Origin: a virus
Taxonomy: Duplodnaviria; Heunggongvirae; Uroviricota; Caudoviricetes
DNA length: 64,000 nt
IMG/VR virus record: IMGVR_UViG_3300046804_001959
Reading direction: 5' to 3' (one strand)
Under the pieces are notes generated by a model. The model made no database searches and was not told where the DNA came from. It saw only the letters and a list, made by a program, of their open reading frames with translations. This document shows positions 34,879-44,404 of this stretch, one piece after another. The position numbers and the translations under genes are program-made. Position 1 is the stretch's first letter, and the number at the start of each line of letters is the position of its first letter.

Positions 34879-36918
34879 TTATTGAATGGTGATGTCGATG
34901 TATCCTCCGGGAGCCACGGTTACCGAGTGTGTTTGACCATCTGGGTATGAGTAGTAGCTTGCCTTCTGATTATTTATAACAGGTGCAGTGGTTCCTCCGG
35001 AATTTGATCCCGGGAATGTAATGCCAAGGGCAGACGATGGATTTCCTGGAACTGCAGGAGTAGGAGTATTATAGTTCTGTGGACCATTGGTTGCAGGGTT
35101 ATAGTTCTGCGGTCCTCCTGTAGCAGGGTTGTAGTTTTGAGGCCCATTGGTTGCAGGGTTATAGTTTTGAGGCCCATTGGTTGCAGGGTTATAGTTCTGA
35201 GGACCGTTCGTAGGCAAGTTGTAGTTGGCTGGTCCGTTAGTAGGAACATTGTAGTTAGCTGGTCCATTCGCTACATTGTAGTTGGCCGGTCCATTGGCTA
35301 CGTTGTAGTTTTGTGGGCCGTTCGCTACGTTGTAGTTCTGAGGACCATTGGTTGCAGGGTTGTAGTTCTGAGGACCATTGGTTGCAGGATTGTAGTTTTG
35401 CGGCCCGTTTGTTGCAGGATTGTAGTTAGCAGGTCCATTGGCTACGTTATAGTTTTGAGGTCCATTTGTAGCTGGGTTGTAGTTCTGAGGACCATTGGTT
35501 GCAGCATTGTAGTTAGTTGGACCACCTGTAGGAGCATTGTAGTTAGCTGGACCAGGGGCCACATTGTAATTCTGAGGACCATTGGTTGCAGCATTGTAGT
35601 TAGCTGGACCGTTCGTCGGTGCATTGTAGTTAGCTGGACCATTGGCCACATTGTAGTTTTGTGGGCCGGCAGTCGGAGCATTGTAGTTAGCTGGACCGTT
35701 CGTCGGAGCATTGTAATTAGCTGGACCGTTTGTAGCAGCATTAAAGTTTGCAGGACCGTTTGTAGCTGCATTATAGTTAGCTGGACCGTTCGTCGGTGAA
35801 TTATAGTTAGCTGGACCGTTAGTAGCAGCATTGTAGTTTGCGGGTCCAGGCTGCGGCGCGTTGAGATTTCCAGGTTGGTTCGATAAGCCGTATTTTACGA
35901 AGTAAATATACTGCGGGTTACCAGGAACGATGTTGTATCCAGCTACATTTCCTGGAATCTTGTTATAGCCTGATACGCTACCTCCGACGATATTGTATCC
36001 GGATATGTTACCAGGAACGATGTTGTATCCACTTACGTTACCAGGAATGATATTGTAACCGGCTACAGGACCGGGAGTGATGTTATAACCGGCTACAGGA
36101 CCGGGAATCCTGTTGTAAGTTCCAGTTCCTGGATAGATGATGTTATACGTAGAGATGTTACCAGGAACGATGTTGTATCCGGATATGTTACCGGCAATGA
36201 CATTGTAAGTTCCAGTTCCGGGATAGATGATGTTGTAGGTAGCTATAGGTCCTGGATTAATATTGTATATACCGGTAGCGTTTCCTGGAATTTTGTTGTA
36301 TATACCGGTAGCGTTTCCTGGAACGATATTGTATGTGCCGGTTCCAGGATAGATGATGTTGTACGTAGCGATATTACCAGGAATGATGTTATATGTACCG
36401 GTAGCATTTCCTGGAACGATGTTGTAGATTCCCGTGGCATTGCCAGGAACGATATTGTATGTGCCGGTTCCAGGATAGATGATGTTGTAAGTGCCGGTTC
36501 CTGGATAGATGATGTTGTATCCTGCCACCGGATAGATGATGTTATACGTATTTACAGGACCAGGAATGATATTGTAGTTGGCTATAGGGCCAGGAACGAT
36601 GTTGTAGATTCCCGTGGCATTGCCTGGAATGATGTTGTAAGTTCCTGTAGCATTGCCCGGAACAATGTTGTATGTCCCAGTAGCGTTACCTGGAATTACG
36701 TTGTATGTACCGGTTGCGTTTCCAGGAATGATATTGTAGCTACCAGTTCCTGGTCCAGGAATCAGAGCAGTGCCAGTTCCTCCTCGTCCAGATACAAGAA
36801 CGCTGTTACGACCATAAGGAATCGAGATATTACCAGGAGAATTGAACTTCGTAGTCGCTACGCCGGAAGCACGCCACGTTTTCTCAAGTGTAAACTTATC
36901 ACTACCACCAATACCCAT
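34879..36918 (-). CDS. Fibre-associated protein with two mirror-image YN-repeat arms
   Basis: Start probably at 36918 (TAATG overlap with the upstream fibre stop). 27 YNIxPG units, a 25-aa linker, 27 YNxxxNGP units, flanked by a split Gly-rich beta domain. Confidence 0.8.
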   Translation of the reverse strand: MGIGGSDKFTLEKTWRASGVATTKFNSPGNISIPYGRNSVLVSGRGGTGTALIPGPGTGSYNIIPGNATGTYNVIPGNATGTYNIVPGNATGTYNIIPGNATGIYNIVPGPIANYNIIPGPVNTYNIIYPVAGYNIIYPGTGTYNIIYPGTGTYNIVPGNATGIYNIVPGNATGTYNIIPGNIATYNIIYPGTGTYNIVPGNATGIYNKIPGNATGIYNINPGPIATYNIIYPGTGTYNVIAGNISGYNIVPGNISTYNIIYPGTGTYNRIPGPVAGYNITPGPVAGYNIIPGNVSGYNIVPGNISGYNIVGGSVSGYNKIPGNVAGYNIVPGNPQYIYFVKYGLSNQPGNLNAPQPGPANYNAATNGPANYNSPTNGPANYNAATNGPANFNAATNGPANYNAPTNGPANYNAPTAGPQNYNVANGPANYNAPTNGPANYNAATNGPQNYNVAPGPANYNAPTGGPTNYNAATNGPQNYNPATNGPQNYNVANGPANYNPATNGPQNYNPATNGPQNYNPATNGPQNYNVANGPQNYNVANGPANYNVANGPANYNVPTNGPANYNLPTNGPQNYNPATNGPQNYNPATNGPQNYNPATGGPQNYNPATNGPQNYNTPTPAVPGNPSSALGITFPGSNSGGTTAPVINNQKASYYSYPDGQTHSVTVAPGGYIDITIQ
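34971..34978 (-). promoter_or_regulatory. Candidate late promoter TATAAATA within the 3' end of the repeat gene, about 115 nt upstream of the P4H-like gene
   Basis: Exact consensus, but inside a CDS so chance occurrence is possible. Confidence 0.45.
35056..35835 (-). repeat. Coding tandem repeat arm 2: 27 units of 27/30 nt (YN[AP][AP]TNGP[AQ]N and YNVANGP[AQ]N)
   Basis: Counted from translation. Confidence 0.9.
35911..36738 (-). repeat. Coding tandem repeat arm 1: 27 units of 27-33 nt (YNIxPGNATGT, YNIIYPGTGT, YNIxPGxxxG)
   Basis: Counted from translation. Confidence 0.9.
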
Positions 36919-39900
36919 TACGCGGCGCCCTTCACCGTGAGTGATCCGATCCAACTTGTTCCACCGTCATAAGTCATGAGTGACCAGATGTCGATAGCGT
37001 TGGCTGTTGTCGTTGCAGGAGGAGCTGAACCTCCTGGCCATTTGATTCCTGTCGGCCAAGTGATCGTACGACCACCTGTGGCATCTTGCTTGGCAACGAT
37101 AGTTCCTGCCCACATTCTTGTGCTCGGTGGAACATTCGATGGCGAGATGGTAATGCTTCCTGTAAGAGTCAGCTCGAAGAAGTTGGCCGCAGTACAATCC
37201 ATCGTCCATGTACCAGTAGTAGCGGTGTTAGCTACTTCTGCTTCCGTGTAACCAGTTAGAACCGGGTTGGTGATGTTGTTGTTTGCCATGATCAGGTTGG
37301 CAGACAGCGTAGTAGTACCGGATACAGCAAAGTTGCTGTTCCATGTCAGAGGACCTGCACCAGCACGTCCGAGCTTGATAGCGTTGTTTTCGTTACCGAA
37401 TACGATGTAACCGTTGTTGGCGTTTTGCTGACCCATGACACGGACAGTATCTGCTTGGTTTACGTCACCGAACCAAGCGTCATCACCGATCTTGACGTTC
37501 GTTCCACCACCGTTGTTGCTTGTCAAGATCTGATCGACTTGGAGTGCGGTGTTGACGTGAATACCAGTGCTGTTAACAGTCAGCGTAGAACCAGTAGTAA
37601 CACCGATGGTTCCAGTAGAAGTGATCGTTCCGCCAGATAGACCGTTTGCTGTAGCTACAGATGTAACACCGGCATCGTCTACTCCCCAGTAGACCGATGT
37701 ACCGTTCGAGTGCAGAACATGACCGGATGTACCAAGCGAGTTGTTAGCGTAGATGCCAACACTTGCCATGTCGATGTCGGTGTTGAAACGGAACGCGCCG
37801 CCTTGTACACCCGCATTCGAGTTGGCATAGATGTTGAAGGCAGGACGAGCACCAGCCGTAGTATTGGCCATGTACAATACGAGGTTGTTATCGCTTTGAA
37901 GCTCGAAGTATGCACCTGTAGCGGCGCTGTTCGATAGGAAGTGTAGTCTCTTGCCGTTGCCAAGCGTTGCGTGTGTTGCGTTGGCTACGAAGTTCGAACC
38001 TACACTCAGTACTGCCGAGTTGACCGAAGATGTCGCGTTGACAAATCCAGTAATCGTAGTGTTACCAGCTGCAAGAGTAGTGATACCTGTTACTGCTTGA
38101 GCAGCGCTTGTCGACTGGATAGTGGTTGTGCCAAGATACAGAGCTGGAAGTCGAGCGGCTGCAAGTGTTCCAGTGCTGATATTCGTAGCGTTGGTGTAGT
38201 AAGCAGCTGCTTGTCCACCTAGATTTGTAGAGTTGTTAGCAGTCAGCGCGCTGTTAGCGTTGATTGCACCTTCGGATTTACCGAATGCATACGTAGCATT
38301 GTTCGCAGTGCCCGTAAACGCAGTGGTGTTGATCGTTCCATAAACAGAGGTGTTTCCGATATACAGAGTGTTTGCTTGGAATGCAGCGATACGGAAAGTT
38401 GCGTTTGCGGTGTCGATGTAAGCAGATGCATCTGGTTCTGGAGAATAGTTGTCAAAGACTTTCCAAACACCGTCTGTGGCATCACGGAAGAAACCTGCGT
38501 GATGGTAAGTTCCGTCGTTGTAATTACCAGCAAAACCAAGATCAGGGTTTGATACAGTATTGTTCGCGTTCAGATAGATCATGTTATCCTGAACGGAGAG
38601 AGTAGCAGTATTGACCGTAGTCGTCGTACCTTGGACGGTGATGTTACCTGTTACAGTGATGTTACCGAAGGTGACTGTATCAGTAGTACGAACGTCTTGG
38701 TTCATGCGATACGGTAGACGTGCTTCAGCGAGAGTACCGTTGTTTGCATTCGAAGCGTTCGCTGCAAAGATAGTAGCGTTCGTATATGCAGCTGCAGCGT
38801 TTGCTACCATTGCTGTATTCGCTGTGCCGATCTTTGTGTCTACATATGATACTGCATTGGTATAAGCAGTAGCAGCATTACCGGTAATGGCAGAGTTGGC
38901 AGTACCGATCTTGGTGTCTGTATAGGTTACAGCATTACTGTATGCCGCTCCGGCGTTCGCGGTAATATTGGCTTGAATAGATGCAAGACTACTACCACCT
39001 ACGTTTAGAGCATTATTCGCTGTACCTGAAAACGATGTGGCGTTCAGCGTAGAGTTAGCTAATGTTGTACCGATCGTCAGCGCTGTAGAGTTAGCAATAA
39101 GAGACGATGATGTTGAATTAATATTAGCGATCTGAATGACGTTAATAGAGTTACCGCTATTAAGTGTAACGTTAGCAGAAAATGATACGATACCGTTTAC
39201 AGAATATCCACCAGCAGTAACAAACGAGGTGGCATTTGTATAAGCTGCAGCTGCGTTCGCTACGATAGCTGAGTTAGCGGTTCCGATCTTGGTATCTGTA
39301 TAGCTGACAGCGTTAGTGTATGCAGTAGCTGCATTGCCAGTGATGGCGCCGTTAGCAGTCAGAATCTTGCCATCTGTATAGGACACTGCATTAGTGTATG
39401 CAGTAGCTGCGTTTCCAGTAATAGCACCATTGGCGGTCAGAATCTTGCCATCTGTATAGGACACTGCGTTGGTGTATGCAGCTGCAATTGCAGTGTTAGC
39501 AGTTCCGATCTTTGTGTCGGTATAGCTTACTGCATTTGTATAAGCTGCAGCTGCTGCGGTTGCTGCAGTCTGAGCGTTTGTGTTTGCAGTGATAGCTGCG
39601 TCGTAAGCTGTCTTGACAGAAGCTGCAGAACCAGCAGCAGTCGTAGAAGTGTTTGCTACCGAGTCGACAAGAACCACTGCACCCGCAGAAGTTGAGTTAC
39701 CGGCTGGAAGTCGAGCTGAGTTGACGGTTCCGGAAGTCAGGTTTGTAGCGTTAGCTGCGATAGCGATTGCATTGGTGTATGCAGCACCTGCAGCAGTTAA
39801 AGCGGTTTGAGCATTTGTATTAGCAGTAACAGCCGTATCATAAGCAGTTTTTACACTGTTTGCAGTAGCTACGTAAGAAACTGAAGTGTTGTTGACTGCA

Positions 39901-41225
39901 TCTAGCACTGGAATACGAGCAATCGCTACGGTTCCTGAAGAAAGGTTCGATGCATTCGCTGCAAAGGCAGTAGCGTTTGTGTATGCATCAGAAGCCGCAG
40001 TCTGAGCAGATGCAGCTCGCGTATTAGCAGCGATAGCAGCATCGTATGCAGTCTTGACAGAGTTAGCAGTAGCTACATACGAAACTGAAGTATTGTTAAC
40101 AGCATCGACTGTAGGAATACGAGCGATCGCCACTGTACCAGAAGAAAGGTTCGATGCGTTCGAAGAGTATGCTACTGCGTTCGAATATGCATCACCGGCT
40201 TTAGTGTTAGCATACGATATCGCATTCGAGTAAGCAGCCGCAGCAAGAGTTCCAGCAGCAGTGTTTGCAGTGATCGCAGCATCATATGCAGTCTTGACAG
40301 AAGCAGCAGAAGCTGCAGCCGTAGTAGATGTATTTGAGACTGAGTCGACTAGGATAACAGCACCGGCTGCAGTCGAGTTTCCTGATGGAAGACGAGCTGA
40401 GTTGACTGTACCGCTCGTGAGATACGTCGCGTTCGAAGCAAGGTTCTCAGTATATGTACGAAGATCAGATGCGCTATTTCCACCAACTGTTGCAGCGTTC
40501 ACCGAAGTAAGAGAAGCACCGTTACCTGAGAATGCCGTCGAGTTGATAGCAGAGTACACGCTTGAGTTACCAATCGAGATAACAGAAGTGTTTACTGTTA
40601 CGCCTCTAACGTAAATAGATGTGTTAGAGATGTTTAAACCCGTAACTGCAAACATGCCAGTACGAGATACTTGGCCATAATCTGCATATGTTACGTTTGC
40701 TACTACGTACGATTTTGATGTGATCAACTCATCGTGCGAAACAGCAGCATAGTATGTGTTACCAGTTTCTGTAGTCGAATCTGTAAACGAGATTACGGTG
40801 CCAGTAATAGTGCCGACGTCGTTACCTTGTGTAACTGTTACATTGCTTGCTTTAATGCTAACAGTATCGGCTACGTTCAGCGCGATCGATACGTTGACAG
40901 TAGATGGAAGACGGTTAACAGATAGAGTACCGGTTGTGAGGTTACTCGCGTTAGCAGCAAAAGAAATGGCATTTGAGTATGCGTTGGATGCTTTTGCATC
41001 TGCATAGAATGCCGCGTTCGAGTATGCATCTGCAGCTTTACCGTCTGCATAGTTTACACCGTTGGCATATGCGTTGTCTGCAGCTCCGCTGATCGATGTA
41101 GAGTTGATCGTTGTAGCGCCGATTACAAGGCTGCCATTCGAAATGGTTACATTACCTTGAGTTACTGCAACTCCGTTTGCAACGGTTAACCCGTTCTTAA
41201 CGCGAAAATTAACTGGTGTAGTCAT
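36918..41225 (-). CDS. Long tail fibre-like protein (1435 aa)
   Basis: Four copies of a phage tail fibre repeat (..SVKTAYDAA), 22-aa helical repeats AYTNAVSYTDxKIxTAN, C-terminal WPxxxKWPGG..P..T domain. Confidence 0.85.
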   Translation of the reverse strand: MTTPVNFRVKNGLTVANGVAVTQGNVTISNGSLVIGATTINSTSISGAADNAYANGVNYADGKAADAYSNAAFYADAKASNAYSNAISFAANASNLTTGTLSVNRLPSTVNVSIALNVADTVSIKASNVTVTQGNDVGTITGTVISFTDSTTETGNTYYAAVSHDELITSKSYVVANVTYADYGQVSRTGMFAVTGLNISNTSIYVRGVTVNTSVISIGNSSVYSAINSTAFSGNGASLTSVNAATVGGNSASDLRTYTENLASNATYLTSGTVNSARLPSGNSTAAGAVILVDSVSNTSTTAAASAASVKTAYDAAITANTAAGTLAAAAYSNAISYANTKAGDAYSNAVAYSSNASNLSSGTVAIARIPTVDAVNNTSVSYVATANSVKTAYDAAIAANTRAASAQTAASDAYTNATAFAANASNLSSGTVAIARIPVLDAVNNTSVSYVATANSVKTAYDTAVTANTNAQTALTAAGAAYTNAIAIAANATNLTSGTVNSARLPAGNSTSAGAVVLVDSVANTSTTAAGSAASVKTAYDAAITANTNAQTAATAAAAAYTNAVSYTDTKIGTANTAIAAAYTNAVSYTDGKILTANGAITGNAATAYTNAVSYTDGKILTANGAITGNAATAYTNAVSYTDTKIGTANSAIVANAAAAYTNATSFVTAGGYSVNGIVSFSANVTLNSGNSINVIQIANINSTSSSLIANSTALTIGTTLANSTLNATSFSGTANNALNVGGSSLASIQANITANAGAAYSNAVTYTDTKIGTANSAITGNAATAYTNAVSYVDTKIGTANTAMVANAAAAYTNATIFAANASNANNGTLAEARLPYRMNQDVRTTDTVTFGNITVTGNITVQGTTTTVNTATLSVQDNMIYLNANNTVSNPDLGFAGNYNDGTYHHAGFFRDATDGVWKVFDNYSPEPDASAYIDTANATFRIAAFQANTLYIGNTSVYGTINTTAFTGTANNATYAFGKSEGAINANSALTANNSTNLGGQAAAYYTNATNISTGTLAAARLPALYLGTTTIQSTSAAQAVTGITTLAAGNTTITGFVNATSSVNSAVLSVGSNFVANATHATLGNGKRLHFLSNSAATGAYFELQSDNNLVLYMANTTAGARPAFNIYANSNAGVQGGAFRFNTDIDMASVGIYANNSLGTSGHVLHSNGTSVYWGVDDAGVTSVATANGLSGGTITSTGTIGVTTGSTLTVNSTGIHVNTALQVDQILTSNNGGGTNVKIGDDAWFGDVNQADTVRVMGQQNANNGYIVFGNENNAIKLGRAGAGPLTWNSNFAVSGTTTLSANLIMANNNITNPVLTGYTEAEVANTATTGTWTMDCTAANFFELTLTGSITISPSNVPPSTRMWAGTIVAKQDATGGRTITWPTGIKWPGGSAPPATTTANAIDIWSLMTYDGGTSWIGSLTVKGAA

Positions 41226-41254
41226 CTGGTTCCCTATCCCTCAGATTTTGTTTT

Positions 41255-41262
41255 TATTTATA
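41255..41262 (-). promoter_or_regulatory. T4-type late promoter TATAAATA
   Basis: Exact consensus 30 nt upstream of the 1435-aa fibre gene. Confidence 0.7.
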
Positions 41263-42106
41263 CTTCGATCGTGATTCTTTTTGATTTTACTACGCTCGAA
41301 GAGTTCGTAGGCGCAACAAGTAGTTCGACGTTTGCCGAGTTGATAGCTGCAGTGACATTACCAAGTGATGCGTTTGTGTATACTGTACCATACTCTGTGA
41401 TGAACACATCAGATCCGTTGTGTAAAAGAAGAACTTCTGTTACATGATAGTCGCTACCTGAAGTGATTTGAATAGTATATTTTGCTGAACGAAAAGCTGT
41501 CTTCACGAACGAATCAACTACGTTGTTTGCTGTAGTAGTTGTCGTATATGAGTTAGAGCTTGCTTCAATGAAGTTAAGTGCTGGGATCGGAGCAACGATC
41601 TCGACGACATCCCCGGCGATTACATTCGAAGTAAACGAGATAGCTGAATCATTGGATGCAAGGTAGTCTGTTGTGAGTACTTGCTTCGAACCGTTTAGGT
41701 ATACAGTCTCGAGGCCAGGAGTGTATGAAAGCGTATTTGAATTATTGTCTAATCCGCTAATGATCGTGGTGTTCGATGAGATCGAATAGGTATACGTCGC
41801 GATGCTTGCGTATACGTTTGAAGATCCTCCTCCACCTTCTCCCCAGTAGAGGCCGCTTCCACTAGATGTGAGTACTTTACCAGCGGTTCCTGATGAACCG
41901 TTGGCAATGATAGTTCCGACTGAAAGAGATGAGAGGTTCGAACCGACTTCGAACAGAGTGTTGGATGCATCAGACGAGAAAACTTTGCGATCGGCCAAGT
42001 TGATCGCGAGCTCGCCTTTATCGATGAACGATGTGTTTGCATCGTTCGTGGTGTTAGCTGTACGACCTGAGACCGTCGTACGCTTTAATTGAAACTTATT
42101 TGCCAT
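41258..42106 (-). CDS. Fibre adaptor/structural protein (Mtd-N-like N-terminus)
   Basis: FQLKR...GELAINLADRKVF; C-terminal RSAKYTIQ..EVLLLHNG..TEYG domain. Confidence 0.75.
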   Translation of the reverse strand: MANKFQLKRTTVSGRTANTTNDANTSFIDKGELAINLADRKVFSSDASNTLFEVGSNLSSLSVGTIIANGSSGTAGKVLTSSGSGLYWGEGGGGSSNVYASIATYTYSISSNTTIISGLDNNSNTLSYTPGLETVYLNGSKQVLTTDYLASNDSAISFTSNVIAGDVVEIVAPIPALNFIEASSNSYTTTTTANNVVDSFVKTAFRSAKYTIQITSGSDYHVTEVLLLHNGSDVFITEYGTVYTNASLGNVTAAINSANVELLVAPTNSSSVVKSKRITIEV

Positions 42107-42156
42107 TCCAACCTCTATATAGAGCGATTAAGCGGTTATATAAACCTCTAATAGTC

Positions 42157-42164
42157 TATTTATA
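42157..42164 (-). promoter_or_regulatory. T4-type late promoter TATAAATA
   Basis: Exact consensus about 50 nt upstream of the 282-aa gene. Confidence 0.7.
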
Positions 42165-42345
42165 CCGTTGGATCTTCTGTCTTTTTAGGCTTTGAAACTT
42201 TAGCTTCTTGCTGTTCGACTTGAAGGCTGGCTACCAACTTCTCAGCGATAGCCAGCCTTGTTTCGAGTAGAATGTTCTTGCTTGTAAGATCATGAATGTT
42301 TGCAACCAGTCGATTGATGTATTCATTAACAAATTCAGCTTCCAT
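42160..42345 (-). CDS. Small coiled-coil protein
   Basis: 61 aa with heptad pattern, in the fibre operon. Confidence 0.7.
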   Translation of the reverse strand: MEAEFVNEYINRLVANIHDLTSKNILLETRLAIAEKLVASLQVEQQEAKVSKPKKTEDPTV

Positions 42346-42347
42346 GC

Positions 42348-43787
42348 TTAGAACGTGCCTCCGTCAAGTGTTCCGTAAACGACCGATGTGCCGTTTGATT
42401 GTAAGACATAACCGTCTGTAGCAGCTGCAAGTACAGTCGTTGCACCTGCACCGTTACCGACCAAGATAGCACCAGCAGTGATGCTCGCACGACCGATACC
42501 GCCTGATGTGACTGCCAACGGAGTCGTCAGAGTCAAGCTATTAGCAGTAAGATTAACATTAAGAGTAGAGTTAGCTGTGAGAGTAACAGCTGTGCTGTTC
42601 GATACCAGGCCACCAGAATTTAGATATGCCTGCAGTGTAGCAGTAGCGAACGTAGGATCCGCTGTGTTTACAGTCGTAGCAGCATCGAGTTCTTGTGTGA
42701 GGTTGTAGAACAGCTTATAGATGCCGTCTGATGCGTCACGGAAAAGACCAGTATGACGGTTTACGCCGTTGTTATAGTTACCAGCGAAACCGATGTCGAC
42801 GAGATCGGACGAGTAGTTGTTACCTGCAAGGTAGATCAACGGGTCGGAAACAACTACCGAGTTAACGTTGGTAGTGGTCAGGTTACCAGCAACCGTAAGG
42901 TCTCCTGTCAGAGACAGAGACGTAAGTGCTAGATTTGTATTAACATGAACACCCGCGGTGTTTACGGTGAGAGTCGAACCGGCATTGACAGCGATCGCAT
43001 CTGCAGAAGTAGAGATACCGTTTCCTGCTACAACGTGTACACCCGTGGCGTTAGCTACAAGACCATCGCCAGCGTTGACAAACACTCCAGATGTATTCGA
43101 AACTACACCAGAATTTGCAAGAACGTTAACACCTGCAGCAGTTACGCTGATACCGTTTGCACCGGTAACCGCGATCGCATCAGCCGAAACTGTAATACCG
43201 TTAGCAGCACCTACGTCAAGGGTGATGGCTCCAGAAGTACCACCGCCTGTAAGACCTGAACCCGCAGTGATGCCGGAGATATCACCGTCATCTGTGCTCC
43301 AATAAACCTTCGTACCATCTGTGCGAAGAACTTGGTTGGCAGTACCGAGCGATCCGTTAGCAAGGATACCGTTAGCAACGAGAGTCGCGTTGACTACTAC
43401 GTTTGCACTGTGAGTCTGAACGTTTGTCCAAGTATACTGTGCCGAAGTATTGATCGACAGCGTTCCAGGAGCAGCCCAATATGTATTACCTCCTGCATCG
43501 ACAGTAAGGTAGTACCCTGCACCAGGATTGAATGTACCGTTGGCCGTAAGAGTACGCAGCGTAACAGCGTCTGCCTTTACAGCATCAAGATAACCCGTAC
43601 CGTTGGCGACGAGAGCTTGGTTCGCAGTAAGCACACCGGGATTGAACTTACCAGCAATGGTGATGGAAGCACCATTGGAACCGATGAACAGGTGATCACC
43701 GTTTGCTGTAAAGGCCAATTCACCATTAGCTAATGACGGAGCGGTGGCTGTCGTTAACGATCTTTTGATCTGAATTAAGTTAGCCAT
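42348..43787 (-). CDS. Tail fibre-like structural protein (479 aa)
   Basis: IQIKRS...GELAF N-terminus; beta-repeat shaft; ends LDGGTF. Confidence 0.8.
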   Translation of the reverse strand: MANLIQIKRSLTTATAPSLANGELAFTANGDHLFIGSNGASITIAGKFNPGVLTANQALVANGTGYLDAVKADAVTLRTLTANGTFNPGAGYYLTVDAGGNTYWAAPGTLSINTSAQYTWTNVQTHSANVVVNATLVANGILANGSLGTANQVLRTDGTKVYWSTDDGDISGITAGSGLTGGGTSGAITLDVGAANGITVSADAIAVTGANGISVTAAGVNVLANSGVVSNTSGVFVNAGDGLVANATGVHVVAGNGISTSADAIAVNAGSTLTVNTAGVHVNTNLALTSLSLTGDLTVAGNLTTTNVNSVVVSDPLIYLAGNNYSSDLVDIGFAGNYNNGVNRHTGLFRDASDGIYKLFYNLTQELDAATTVNTADPTFATATLQAYLNSGGLVSNSTAVTLTANSTLNVNLTANSLTLTTPLAVTSGGIGRASITAGAILVGNGAGATTVLAAATDGYVLQSNGTSVVYGTLDGGTF

Positions 43788-43802
43788 CTTTGTTCCTTGT
43801 TA

Positions 43803-44045
43803 TTAAAATGTTCCGCCGTCTATAGCACCAAGGTCGGCGATATCGAGAGGTCTGACCTCATATTTATCATTTGCAGAATTATAAACCAATGTAGCTCCAT
43901 CCGTCACGTTGACTTCGTTGACGTCCGTGATATCTTCAATGCTTCGAATTTCTTGGATTTGATTCTTCAGAGTAATAGGTGCGGCAGAAGATAGTCTGCC
44001 GTTATTGTTCGTGATCTTGGCAACTAATCTTGAAGTGCCTGTCAT
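43803..44045 (-). CDS. Small structural protein ending IDGGTF
   Basis: DVNEVNVTDGATLVYN...IDGGTF. Confidence 0.7.
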   Translation of the reverse strand: MTGTSRLVAKITNNNGRLSSAAPITLKNQIQEIRSIEDITDVNEVNVTDGATLVYNSANDKYEVRPLDIADLGAIDGGTF

Positions 44046-44374
44046 TACCTTGTGACTCCTGGAGTAACCGTAACTATGCCTTCAACAAGACGTGAAACCG
44101 TACCGCTTCCATCTGTCAACTCACAGTCGTATACGTATCTTCCTGCTGCTACGTTATTCGTGGCATTTGCAGTCATCGAGAGAGTGACTTCTCCGGTACC
44201 AGCTGTGATCGATACAGTAAAAGCATAGTAAGTCGTAGAAGTATAGTGCTTACGCATCTGTGCAGCACCGGTAAAACCAGTGAGATCGACTACGTTGCCT
44301 TCTTCATCTGTCACGTCGATAGTAGTAGCGAATGATGTGCCTTGATCGATCGTGATGTTAGCCTTAAGTGCCAC
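44045..44374 (-). CDS. Virion structural protein (BppU-like Ig fold suspected)
   Basis: ITIDQGTSF..DLTGFTGAAQMRK..GRYVYD..RLVEG.VTVTPGVT; GTG start. Confidence 0.7.
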   Translation of the reverse strand: MALKANITIDQGTSFATTIDVTDEEGNVVDLTGFTGAAQMRKHYTSTTYYAFTVSITAGTGEVTLSMTANATNNVAAGRYVYDCELTDGSGTVSRLVEGIVTVTPGVTR

Positions 44375-44396
44375 TTTACTTCCTCTTGTTTATCAT

Positions 44397-44404
44397 TATT
44401 TATT
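44397..44404 (-). promoter_or_regulatory. Late promoter variant AATAAATA
   Basis: Intergenic, upstream of the 109-aa gene. Confidence 0.5.

Noticed and set aside
34974-36738. Regular ~30-nt repeats that could be mistaken for a CRISPR array or VNTR
   Set aside because: No unique spacers. Units are in-frame, degenerate at third codon positions, and part of a CDS.
35056-36738. DNA inverted repeat or invertible segment explaining the mirror symmetry
   Set aside because: Both arms read YN-repeats on the same strand and are not reverse complements; no recombinase is seen nearby.
36919-36954. 12-aa N-terminal extension of the mirror-repeat protein
   Set aside because: Overlaps the upstream fibre gene; TAATG coupling at 36918 is the likely start.
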